Positions 24,637 to 35,762 of a DNA stretch of 40,146 bases are shown here, piece by piece. The position numbers were made by a program, and so were the translations under genes. Each line of letters begins with the position of its first letter. Within the stretch, counting starts at the first letter, position 1. The stretch covers positions 6,390,443 to 6,430,588 of the forward strand of contig NC_068984.1 of NCBI RefSeq assembly GCF_001194135.2, given 5' to 3'. The DNA comes from Octopus bimaculoides. Its lineage: Eukaryota. Under the pieces are notes generated by a model. That model saw nothing but the letters and a program-made list of their open reading frames with translations, ran no database searches and was not told where the DNA came from.

Positions 24637-24950
24637 GTAAGAAGGGGAGACAATCTCAAGGATCTAAAATTCTCCAAAACTTGACATACCAATAAAGAAA
24701 ACGACAGGCTTATTGCCTGGAGATAAGAGGACAATCATGGACATATATTTCTGAATCAATAGCTGTTAGCATGATAGTTATCCAACTATGTTTCCAGTAT
24801 TCAAAGAACTTACAAGATAAGAAGGAGACAAAAAAAGAATAGAAATCATTTATAGCCAAGGTAGTTTGCTTGCTTAATTTTAAACAAAAATGAGCTTAGA
24901 GAAATTACAAAAATCATATAAACACACATATATACATACACACATGCACG

Positions 24951-24993
<43 letters not shown>

Positions 24994-25553
24994 ACACACA
25001 TACATACATACATACATACATATAACTATAAGCATACATATCATTTTCATTTTACATCTGCTTTCCATGCTGGCATGGTTTGGACAAATCATCTTATTTT
25101 GATTTATTTTTGCTATTGGAATCCACTCTTCTCATACAGTGGTGTACTTTTGGCTTTATTACACTGTTGAACACAACTTCTATTGCAAACCATTTTACAG
25201 AAAATACTGGGTGCATTTTCTCATGCCACCAAAACTAGAAGGGCTTTGAACAGTCTTTTTATAAGACAAAAGCATAAGCACACATGCACACACATATTTG
25301 AAGAAAGATTTTCATAAAAGTTATTAAATGTTTAAAAAAATCTTAGAAAATCAGAATGGTTCAAAGGCCTGCAACATTTTAGTTCATTACCGAAAAGCGT
25401 CAACATTCTGTTTCCTAAGATTTAAAAAAAATTTATGACTAATTAGTCTTTCTTCCTGTATTGTGATTGTATCAAGTATTTTTTGCAAAATCTTTTAAAC
25501 ACACACACACTTGTTCACATGCACACATATATAATGATATTTATCTATCTGTC

Positions 25554-25586
<33 letters not shown>

Positions 25587-25609
25587 CTGTCTATATATAT
25601 ATATATATC

Positions 25610-25647
<38 letters not shown>

Positions 25648-25829
25648 ATTGTGTGTACACATGGATGGATGTATAAAACACATGCATACATTATTGTATT
25701 ATTCGCTCATCATTTTCTATCGATCATAGAACAATACAGTAATATTACATGTATGGATGCCACCATTAACACTAGTATTTATCTTATTTATTTTAGACTC
25801 ACTTCCGAGTCATGTATCTAGAATCACTT

Positions 25830-26126
25830 CTAATGAAGTAGTGAGTTGGACAGTGTTGTCCTTCACTGCATTTCTTGCTGTGATGTCGATTCATCTGGTA
25901 AAAATTTGCCCTATTGTTTTTTGAATACATCCATATCTACTCCTCATAGATCGCTAAGGAGTTTTGGCCATGTATCAAAAAGTTATGGGCCTTTGAACCC
26001 AAGCTGTTACAGTACTGGGTTCTTACTCTGGACAGAGATGGTGGGATCTTTGGTACTATGCAGTGGTATCCTTTCCAGTGATTTGCTATAGCTTTTAATC
26101 CCAAAGTCGGATGCTAGGTCTTCCAA
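25830..26126 (-). mobile_element. CR1-like LINE 3' coding end relic
   Basis: Minus frame LQILEDLASDFGIKSYS...QLGFKGP*LFDTWPKLLSDL*GVDMDVFKKQ*GKFLPDE matches the CR1 C-terminal GP.LFN.LP..LR....VD.FK..LD.FL..PDEP pattern. Confidence 0.65.
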
Positions 26127-26240
26127 AATCTGCAGCATATATATATATATATATTAAAGGAAAAAGAAAACAAAACCAAGGTAAGATGAGCATCTCAGGT
26201 GCTTGTCCTGCCTTGGTTAAAGTCTACAGTCTGTCAGACG

Positions 26241-26286
26241 AAGGCCTTGATGAATACCACTAGGTATGAAAATACGTATTAGCCTT
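26241..26286 (+). ncRNA. Minimal type I hammerhead ribozyme motif (Penelope-type), one extra T in the core, probably inactive
   Basis: AAGGC CTTGATGA ATACC-ACTA-GGTAT GAAA ATACGTAT TA GCCTT. Stem I is 5/5, stem II is 5/5, and stem III is the perfect palindrome AATACGTATT. Confidence 0.6.
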
Positions 26287-26868
26287 TATATATTTAATTC
26301 TCTATATTGAATACTCAATATTTCATATATTCAATAAGACATATTTCATGTATTCAATAAGACATTCAATACTTCATTTCATTTTACCATTTATTCTTAT
26401 ATTATATATTATATATTCCATATTCTATATCCCACATTAATTTTACAAGAATATAAATAAAACATGAAAAACAGACAGAGTTGGAACTCTTTTAAATAAA
26501 ATAATATATTCCTCTATACACGATCANNNNNNNNNNNNNNNNNNNNNNNNNNNNNNNNNNNNNNNNNNNNNNNNNNNNNNNNNNNNNNNNNNNNNNNNNN
26601 NNNNNNNNNNNNNNNNNNNNNNNNNNNNNNNNNNNNNNNNNNNNNNNNNNNNNNNNNNNNNNNNNNNNNNNNNNNNNNNNNNNNNNNNNNNNNNNNNNNN
26701 NNNNNNNNNNNNNNNNNNNNNNNNNNNNNNNNNNNNNNNNNNNNNNNNNNNNNNNNNNNNNNNNNNNNNNNNNNNNNNNNNNNNNNNNNNNNNNNNNNNN
26801 NNNNNNNNNNNNNNNNNNNNNNNNNNNNNNNNNNNNNNNNNNNNNNNNNNNNNNNNNNNNNNNNNNNN

Positions 26869-26903
<35 letters not shown>

Positions 26904-27231
26904 CCATAAATATACAAAAACCACACACACACACACACACAGAAAGATAGAGAGTCATATGCAAATTACAGCACTATCATACAAAATGCATCAAACTATA
27001 AAAGTATATACATATATGAAGCCGACAAACAAACCATGACAAACTTATAAAGTATACATTAATAATGTTGTAAGTTGAATCTTCTAAGAAGATACAGAAG
27101 TAATATAAATACATATCTAAATAAGTATACATAAAAGGAAATGAAATTTGAATTTCTTAATCAAGTAAAAATCAAATATATTGACTATCTTAGTATCATT
27201 ATAGGAGAATTATCTAATTATTTATCATTAA

Positions 27232-27276
<45 letters not shown>

Positions 27277-27375
27277 CATTATTATTATGCCATTTTTAAT
27301 ACATACCATGTGTACTAATTTCCACAGGAAATAATGTAACCATTGCGTTCCACATTTATTCATCTCTTTGTTTAG

Positions 27376-27431
27376 GTCCTGGGAATTCTCAGTTTTATCC
27401 CTGCTATTGATAGCCACTCTATTATCATTTG
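27376..27431 (+). CDS. Candidate 56-nt hydrophobic exon (SWEFSVLSLLLIATLLSF or VLGILSFIPAIDSHSIII)
   Basis: Acceptor TTCATCTCTTTGTTTAG|, donor TTG|GTATTG. It sits between two (ATT)n tracts. Confidence 0.25.
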
Positions 27432-27504
27432 GTATTGCAAAATCTATTATTTTACACTGTTTGTTTTCACGTCCTCAAAAATCATATCTAGCCATTTTCT
27501 TTCA

Positions 27505-27567
<63 letters not shown>

Positions 27568-27729
27568 GAAGAGATTGTTATCTGTTTGAAAGTTGTAAGG
27601 ATCTATAACATTTTATGGTTTTGTAAGTTTGGTACCTACAAGAAGGGATAATTTTAGAATTTTGTTTAAGCAGGTTTAGTATAGAGAACAAGATTTCATA
27701 TAACTCAGTGGTGCAAAGTTGACAAGGTT

Positions 27730-27780
<51 letters not shown>

Positions 27781-27823
27781 ATGTCTGCACATACACACAC
27801 ACAGCGTGTGTGGCTCATTATGC

Positions 27824-27867
27824 CTCCTACTGAGGAAGGCATAATGAGTCAGAAATGCATCTAGAAG
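27824..27867 (+). ncRNA. Degenerate minimal hammerhead ribozyme motif
   Basis: CTCCTA CTGAGGA AGGCATAATGAGTCA GAAA TGCA TC TAGAAG. The CUGANGA and GAAA cores are intact, with palindromic ATGCAT stem III, an AUC site and stem I 5/6. Stem II is weak. Confidence 0.45.
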
Positions 27868-28476
27868 TCCAAGAGAGGGCACTAGTGAGCTGATGGTGTT
27901 TTTACACCTTACCATATATGAACTAAAGGTGTGTTTATGCCAATGTTTACATCGGTAAGCATAATCTATAACCGTGTTTACAAGGAGATTTTTAGAAAAA
28001 AAATAGAAAATAATTCAGAATTACAGAGAAGACAGAATTCCTTGCCTTTATCAAAAGGTATCGAAATTGAGTGAATCAACCAATCTAAATTAAATTGTTT
28101 ATTGTGGCCTTTTAGATACCAAATTAATTTACTAAACCCTGTATGGGCAGCTGAGTGTCTCCTCACCACAATGAAGAAAGAATGAATCTTAATATATATT
28201 ATATATATATCTATATATCTATATCTATATCTATATCTATATATATCTATATATATATTCTTAGGTCCTTGTAGTGTATAAGTATCCTCATTATTATTTG
28301 ATTTATGGGAAATTGTCAGAGTTAGTTTTTTCCCCTTTCTGTTGGTGAATATCGTCTGGTAGTCAAATAAATTTTCACTCATCAGACCAAATTTGGTACC
28401 AGTGGCGTAGTTGTACTGACTGACCACTATCTAGATAAGACAATTTGGCCCTACCTAACTTATTAATGTTATTAGC

Positions 28477-28510
28477 TTCTTCTTCTTCTTCTTCTTCTTC
28501 TTCTTCTTCT

Positions 28511-28569
<59 letters not shown>

Positions 28570-28660
28570 TTCTTCTTCTTCTTCTTCTTCTTCTTCTTCT
28601 TCTCCTTCTTCTTCTTCTTCTTCTTCTTCTTCTTCTTCTTCTTCTTCTTCTTCTTCTTCT
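28477..28660. repeat. (TTC)n/(GAA)n trinucleotide tract, 184 bp, three interruptions
   Basis: Read directly. Confidence 0.97.
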
Positions 28661-28970
28661 ATACCCCCCATCCCACATGATCTCTATGTTACTCATCCCA
28701 TTACCACACTTTTGCTTACTTTTTATTTCCTCCTGATATAAGCCCCCCCCCCAAAAAAAAAACAATGTCCGAANNNNNNNNNNNNNNNNNNNNNNNNNNN
28801 NNNNNNNNNNNNNNNNNNNNNNNNNNNNNNNNNNNNNNNNNNNNNNNNNNNNNNNNNNNNNNNNNNNNNNNNNNNNNNNNNNNNNNNNNNNNNNNNNNNN
28901 NNNNNNNNNNNNNNNNNNNNNNNNNNNNNNNNNNNNNNNNNNNNNNNNNNNNNNNNNNNNNNNNNNNNNN

Positions 28971-29014
<44 letters not shown>

Positions 29015-29246
29015 ATGTTAGCATATACACAAACATACACAGGTACATAACATATAATATAATATATATTAAGTTAAAATTCTTATAAGCCAATACAATA
29101 GGAATTGAAATAAAGGAGTAAAAACTATTATAACACAGACAGGACAACAGTTTACACTTTACTTATATGTCAGTATTTTGAGTGCTAATATTATTTTGCC
29201 TGAATAATATCTAGGATGGTGTTGAGTTGGTACTTTGCGATACATG

Positions 29247-29436
29247 TACAGGCCTGGCTGTGTGGTAAGAAGCTTGCTTCCCAACCACATGGTTCTAGGT
29301 CCAGTCCCACTGCATGGCACCTTGGGCAAGTGTCTTTTACTATAGCCTCGGGCTGACCAAAGCATTGTGAATAGATTTGGTAGATGGAGACTGAAAGAAG
29401 CCTGTCGTATATATGTATATATATATATATATATAT
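29247..29436 (+). mobile_element. tRNA-derived SINE (9336 family), 5' part
   Basis: TGGCTGTGTGGTAAGAAGCTTGCTTCCCAACCACATGGTTCTAGGTCCAGTCCCACTGCATGGCACCTTGGGC... Confidence 0.85.
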
Positions 29437-29740
29437 CATCATCATCATCATCATTGTTTAACGTCCGTTTTCCATGGATGGTGCTTTTTATGTGCCACCG
29501 GCATGGGAGCCACTCAGGGGGTACTGGCATTGGCCATGTTTGGATGGTGCTTTTTATCTGCCACTGGCACGGGGGCCAGTCAGGCGGTTCTGACATCAAT
29601 CACGTTCAGATAGTGTTCTTTATGTGCCACTGGCATGGGAGCCAGTCAGGCAGACCTGGTATCGACCACGTTCAGATGATGCTTTTTATGTGCCACTAGC
29701 ACAGGAGCCAGCCAGGGGGCACTGGCTACAGCTACGATTT
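29437..29740 (-). repeat. SINE/RTE-type tail plus four tandem 66-bp units
   Basis: (CAT)n...TTTAACGTCCGTTTTCCATG, followed by units starting at 29477, 29543, 29609 and 29675 with the approximate consensus GATGGTGCTTTTTATGTGCCACYGGCAYGGGAGCCAGTCAGG.... Confidence 0.85.
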
Positions 29741-29983
29741 TGGTTTTACTTCACTCAGCAGGTCTTTTCAAGCGTATCATATTGCCTGACACATCAGGAG
29801 TACTCTTAACAGTCTCCTTCCTTGGTCTCATCAATAATGGATGCTTGGGTACTAGAGACGATAGTGACTCATTTTTCCCACCAGTAATATATAGAAAAGC
29901 AGTGCCAGAACAGTCACTAGTGTCACGATTAGCCAGTAAGCTTGTTAAAAAATATATATTAGTGACCAAGGCTGTATTAATAC

Positions 29984-30362
29984 TGAGAGGTAATATTTAT
30001 TCCCCTTAAGTGTGGACGTTCTGTTAGAATAAACTCTACTGTGGTAGATATCATGAAAGAAACTCTCATGTTGGCTTTTCAAGAAAAATGCATGCTTGGT
30101 TATATTGGTAGCAGGGAGATAAATACCTGCCCTCTCCAGCACCAAGACTTACAGATCACATGATTTCAACCTTCTTTGGTCTCGTTCATGATGGATGCTC
30201 AACTGCTAGAAATAGCAGTGACTCATCTCCCCACCAGCGATACATAAAAAAACAGTGCCAGGACAAGTATTGGTGCCACAGTACATTTTGCACCAAAAGA
30301 CAATATGAGAAATTGTTCTAATAGAACGTCCACATTTAAGTAGGGATAAGTATTACCTTTCA
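29984..30362. mobile_element. Non-autonomous element with ~55-bp imperfect terminal inverted repeats
   Basis: TGAGAGGTAATATTTATTCCCCTTAAGTGTGGACGTTCTGTTAGAATAA vs the reverse complement of the right end, TGAAAGGTAATACTTATCCCTACTTAAATGTGGACGTTCTATTAGAACAA. Confidence 0.65.
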
Positions 30363-32249
30363 CCAAATGTTACATCAGAGATGGTATGTTGGTTGCTGTT
30401 TTCATTGATACTACCTAAGTCAACTTCAGTGGGATCATTAAACTAAGGAGTAATGTTTCTACAGTATCTCTACTATTTCTTTGATGTCATTAAGAAAAAT
30501 ACTGTTATCTTTCAGTAGATTAATGGGTGAAACAGTGATGTTAATGATTGAAATACTTTTGGTTAGTATTTTTTTTTAAATGACCCAATCCTCGTTTGTG
30601 GTTGTTTGGATGATGTAAATGTTCATATAGGTTTGTAGATGACATTCTTGCAACTCAAGTGTTCATCTTGCTTTTGTGGGTTCTGTTGGTGGTAATAATT
30701 TAGTTGATCAAAATATTTGTTTTAACATTTTGATTTTCCTGATGAGGCTTTTCTGTCCCTTTTTGGAGCCTGTATATGTTTGTGCTGATGAATTGGAACA
30801 TGTGTTGCTGACTATGTACATAAACTTTTGCCAAGTTGCTTTGATGACAAAGGAAGAGTGGGTGATTGATCTGTTAGTAAGTTATAAGATCAAGTCTAAT
30901 TGCTTCCCAATCTGTTCTATGCAGAATCATATTAAATACGTGTGCAAGACATGAGGTTTTGCACACCTATTTGACAATATGTGAACCTGCACAGAGTTAT
31001 TGGTTTAGTTCTCGTATGTTAGAGACTAAAATTGCAGAGTATCATGTCATAGTTAGAAAAGAAAGTTTTTTTTCACATGAGATGTTATGGATAATATTAG
31101 TTTGGTTATTACTTCACAGAACTGTTATTATAGCATCATTAGTTTGGGTGTATGAATTGTTAATTTAGATATTTTAAAAGGTCTTTCAATAGTTAGTTTT
31201 TAATAAAATAGCATGCTTTAGTAAAAAAAAAAAAAAAAAAAGACAATGCCATCTTTTGGTAGCATTTTAATATTGTGACTAGTGCATTGTTTGTTCAGCC
31301 TTGTAATCCAATCATAAACAGTCCAGCTTAGGGCAAAACTTTGAGCAATCTGTCAACTTTTGATATATTATACTTTTAAAAATTCAATTACTGATTTAAG
31401 TTTCTTGTCAGTCTTGTATGCATTATTTGGTCACGTATTATACTGAACTGCTTTTTTGTTCTTTTTATGTAAGTGATAAATCATGATAACCTTACAATAC
31501 AACATGATAACCTTAAAATAAAGTCATTAAATTATCCTATGTCATGACCTATGTGATATATTTTAAGTAGCAATAATAAAAGAAAATCTTTATAGGCAAC
31601 GCATAGATATACTTACTATATCTAACTTTATATAGTAAATATTTTTTTGCTTTTAATTTGAAAATGGGAAGTGTTTATAATTTTTTACTTTTATCCTTTA
31701 TTTGTTGTACTTTAAAGGATATACTTCTTCATTTTTAAAATAGATAATTAATTAATCATTAAATACAAAATCTTGCATTAATCTTCATTTATCCTTTTAA
31801 AAAATCAATTTATTATAAGAGTTAATTGATTTTTAAAAGAAATCTATAGAAATTTTATGACATTTTGTACAGAAGATTTTTGCAATAGTGGATAAAGAAA
31901 TATTTTAAAAAGTCAAAATATTAAAAAAAGAAATTAAAGTCTTATGATTTGGAATGTAAAAAATTCAAATAGAATTAATCAAAATTGCAGCAGCCTTATT
32001 CATAGATGGACTTATAGAATAGTTTAGAATAAGTTATCAAAGAATAAAAGAATTTATAAAACTCAATAGCACCATTAATTTTTAATAACTTACTATTCAA
32101 GATAAGTTCTTCACTATGGGAATTATACTAGAGGGGATGTTTGGAACTTCTCCAAGCATGCTTTCTCAATTAAGGCTATTCTGAGAATAAACAACTTATA
32201 CTAAATTTGCTTTCATCATCCGAGATGTACTTGCTAGAAGTTCTGCTTA

Positions 32250-32490
32250 CATGGTGGTATCAAAAAGTTTGCAGACTATTTCTGTAGCATGCCAACAGAT
32301 GGCAGCACATGGTTGCATGCACAGTGAAAGCTAGCAGTGACTTTTTATGAAGCAGGGTTACAAGTGACATTGCTGTGTTTACTTTGCAAGTTGTGAAACT
32401 TGTTTTTGTGATCACATGTATGCTGTAGTCCACAATTTTGTTATGGACAAGAAGTTGGAACAAAGAGCCAATGTGAGATTTTGTGTTTGA
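32250..32490 (+). mobile_element. Mariner 5' end (TIR, 5' UTR, first codons)
   Basis: TA|CATGGTGGTATCAAAAAGTTTGCAGAC is TIR-like. ATG at 32443 gives MDKKLEQRANVRFCV*, a typical mariner N-terminus. Confidence 0.65.
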
Positions 32491-32656
32491 TTGCTGAGCT
32501 ATATATTGAAGAGCCATTCCATTTAAACATTACTTCAGATTTATTAAAATGCAATGTCCAAGCATTTAATAGAATAGCAGCTTGAGTACTGAACCTAGTA
32601 TTATCTGCATTGTCACTGCTATTGACATTGCAAACTTTAATGATTTTGCAATATGG

Positions 32657-32975
32657 CCGGACTGGCAGAATCGTTAAAGTATCGGACAAAAATGCTTTGC
32701 CATATTTGAACCAGTTCCTTATGTTGTGAGTTCAAATCTCACTGTGGTCAATTTTTAAGGTGGCGAGCAGGCAGAAATATTAGCATGCTGGGCGAAATGC
32801 TAAGTGGTATTTTGTCTGTCTTTATGTTCTGAGTTCAAATTTTGCTGAAGTCAACTTTGCCTTTCATCCTTTTGGGGTCAATAAATTAAGTAGCTGTTCC
32901 ATATTTTGGTCAATCTAATCAACTGGCTCCCTCCCCCAAAATTTCAGGCATTGTGCCTAGAGTAGAAAAGAATAT
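32657..32975 (+). mobile_element. tRNA-derived SINE of the 4393 family with two heads in tandem
   Basis: CTGGCAGAATCGTTAAAG at ~32662 and GGTGGCGAGCAGGCAGAAATATTAGC at ~32759, followed by a full body to CCTAGAGTAGAAAAGAAT. Confidence 0.75.
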
Positions 32976-33089
32976 GGCTGAGATTTGTAAAACATCATGT
33001 TTAGCATTCAATGTAATCTGTTTTTGACTTCTTTTTGTACTGCTAGTTTTTTTTTTTTTTTTTGATGATCACTTCCTCTCATCTTATAG

Positions 33090-33193
33090 AAGGGCAGTGT
33101 ACTCTACCTTACATGTTTTTTTTAAAAATCCAACAGTTGTAGTGATAGAGAAGAAATCCACACCAAAGCATAAAACTGCGGAATTCAAACCGA
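33090..33193 (+). CDS. Candidate exon RAVYSTLHVFFKNPTVVVIEKKSTPKHKTAEFKP (alternative acceptor at 33137)
   Basis: Long pyrimidine tract with CTTCCTCTCATCTTATAG|, a second acceptor CCAACAG|, and a possible donor CCGA|GTATTG. Open frame, no homology recognised. Confidence 0.2.
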
Positions 33194-34304
33194 GTATTGA
33201 TACTCTATGTCAGCAAAAAGAAAGGTTGTCTTATTACTTTAAATGCAAAAATATAAGAAAATGAAAGAGGGGAAGGAAGTGGGAGGAAGCATTGATTGAT
33301 TCAAGTTAGTTGCAAGACCTAGGTTAGTTTAATTGGTGCACACACATTGCGAGAAGATGCTGAGGAGAGAGTGGGTGAGTACTGGCAAATATGTTTAGAT
33401 CAATGAAAAATAGGTCAGTTGAATTTATACATGTACAAACAAGATAGGAGCAGAGGAAGAGTTATGCAGATGCTAGTAAAATACAAAAAATTATGTTCCT
33501 ATTTTACATTTATGAAAATTTACCCGAGTTTCCTTAAAGCATAGAATTTCTGGTGGTATCCTAAAATTAATGGTCATATTTTACAATTTTTGTTGGTGCA
33601 AAATTCTGTAACCATGTCTCTATAATGCAGGAGATGCCTGTACTTGTAGCATATTAGGCTAGTTGAGTCTTTGTGTCACTACGAGTTCGTATGCTCTATT
33701 CATTTTGTATTTATTTAGGAGAAATTGAAACATAATTTTATAGTTTATTTTAAATTAAGAACATAATTATCTTTGAAATGGGTTTTATTTGAAGCTAATT
33801 GTGTATATGTTTACATGGTCATCATAGCATAGATGGAATATTTTTACTATAATCTCTCCCAGCGGTTTTTATATGCACTTAAAACTTAAATATAAAAGAA
33901 ATGTGATAGAGCGTTGTTGTTTCATATCCTCCTAATTAACTCTTTCCTAATTGTCATTGATGAGATGTTATGTTCAACTTTCTTTATCTATGCCATGATA
34001 TATTTCATATCTTCCGTTTTTATTCTAACACCTCCCGCTTTGAAAAGATAAAGACAATATTAAAATATTTAAATTAAATAATGATGGCTACAAATTAACA
34101 CAAGTTGGGAGTGTTTTAAATATGAAAAGAGTTAATTTCAACTTCTACCTCATAGTTAATTAGCTAAATAGAAATGTGGATAATATCCATTCATAAAAAA
34201 GCTTCCCAAGTAATTAATTATACACTGGCTTTAAAAACAAACAATACTGAAAGCAGTCTCTCTCTCTCTGTCTCTCTCTCCCTCTCTGTTTATATATATA
34301 TGTA

Positions 34305-34509
34305 CAGGGTTAACCAAAAGTCATGCACCAAAACATTTCACATTTTATTTATATTACATTATTATAATCATTTATTTTGTTTGTTATGCACAAGTATGTG
34401 TGTATTCATCATTTTTATTTATTTCGTTTAGTTCTAGAAAAATTGAAGCATGTCTTTATCAATTTTGGAGTGTATTGAACTTATTTTGTGCGTGACTTTT
34501 GGCCCACCC

Positions 34510-34511
<2 letters not shown>
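34305..34511. mobile_element. Tc1/mariner-type MITE
   Basis: TA flanks. TIRs CAGGGTTAACCAAAAGTCATGCACCAAA vs the right-end reverse complement TAGGGTGGGCCAAAAGTCACGCACAAAA. Confidence 0.75.
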
Positions 34512-34544
<33 letters not shown>

Positions 34545-35572
34545 TCTCAGACGCACACACAGTGTTTTACCAAAACAAATGATGTCCTAGATGTTTATTC
34601 CCCTTCCAATTCACATCCAAACAAATTTCACAACACATGTAACACTTTCTCATTTAGATATATTAATATCTTTTCAATATTGATTATAATAAAATGTTTC
34701 TTAATGGACCTCTATAGTCTAAAACAATTATTTTCCATCTATAAATCATGTCCCTTCAGAAGTCTAAATGAATCATCTTAAAGTGGCTTGAAAGACAAAA
34801 TTAAACTGCATCTAGGCAAATATAGGATAGAAAATTTCGTATCGGAGCTGACTATCAGTTTTTTTACTCTATATTTATTAAAGGCATTCTTGTACCTTGT
34901 AATTGCATCTCCATTAATTTGGCAATTATATTTGTATACCATTATTTAAATGTAAATAACTGTAGTTTGCATCCCAATTCATCTCCAACTTCTGCTATTT
35001 GTATCACAGTTTTTTCCATCTTAGTACACATAATAAATCACTTCCATTGCAAACTTCATTTAAACTCTCTTTTCTTTTCCATCTCTACAACCTCTAAGAA
35101 TAATAATTTTTTAACTCAGAAAATAAAATATCTAGCCCTGATAAAATTCTAACTTTTACCCCAAACTTTCTGTGATGGTACCAATGATATGGCAACTATT
35201 TTATCTCCTGCCTAAGTTCACCCAAATCAAAAAGGCTACAACTTTATTATTTGGATTAATAACTTACAAGTTACTACCTGATATTATTAATAACTTGTGT
35301 AATTACTTTTCTTGGAACTCCTAAAATTTTGATACAGCTAAAGCTTCACAATGGAAAATGAATATTCTCTTAAGAGTGAAATAAAGTAATCTTGTTTTAA
35401 AAGTACGCTTTTACTTCAAAGTATTTAATATTCCCTATAACATGGAATTTATAATTTCTATTTTCATTTATCAGACTTTTTTTCACCAAAATGTATTTCA
35501 GCTGATCAAAATTCTCTATACCAGCTGCAGACATAACAATTGCAAAACTATGGTTCCACACTAAGATAGCAG

Positions 35573-35762
35573 GCTGGCAGAATCATTAGCATGCTGGGCA
35601 AGATGCTTAGCATTTTGTCCACCTTTACATTCTGACATGGTTGACTTTGCTTTTCATCCTTTTGAGGTTGATAAAACAAGTACCAGTTGATCACTGTGGG
35701 TTAATGTAATCGACATTCCCTCCTCCCCCAAAATTGTTTGCTTCGTGCTAAAATTTAAAACC
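35573..35762 (+). mobile_element. tRNA-derived SINE of the 4393 family, CpG-decayed
   Basis: CTGGCAGAATCATTAGCATGCTGGGCAAGATGCTTAGC...TTTCATCCTTTTGAGGTTGATAAAACAAGTACCAGTTG. Confidence 0.75.

Noticed and set aside
28355-28400. Minus-strand CTGATGA-GT-GAAA hammerhead-like core
   Set aside because: No stem II and no valid stem III or cleavage triplet; likely chance.
27978-28427. Longest gap-free ORF (149 aa, minus strand)
   Set aside because: It runs through an (ATATCT)n tract giving YRYRYR, has no recognisable domain and has intron-like composition.
28375-28765. Poly-Glu, poly-Ser and poly-Arg ORFs
   Set aside because: Frames of the (TTC)n tract.
29477-29740. Regularly spaced repeats that could be mistaken for a CRISPR array
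   Set aside because: The units are contiguous with no unique spacers, the context is eukaryotic, there are no cas genes, and the array is attached to a SINE tail.
30560-30950. Possible second GIY-YIG relic on the minus strand (FMYIVSNTCSNSSAQTYTG)
   Set aside because: Only a vague motif match with no RT nearby; needs a translated profile search.
33090-33160. LHVFFKNPTVVVIEKK has the same spacing as ASIC/DEG-ENaC LDIFFEVLNYETIEQK
   Set aside because: The following AY....LLxDIGG motif is absent, and exons B/C lack the HG motif and the conserved TM1 Trp.
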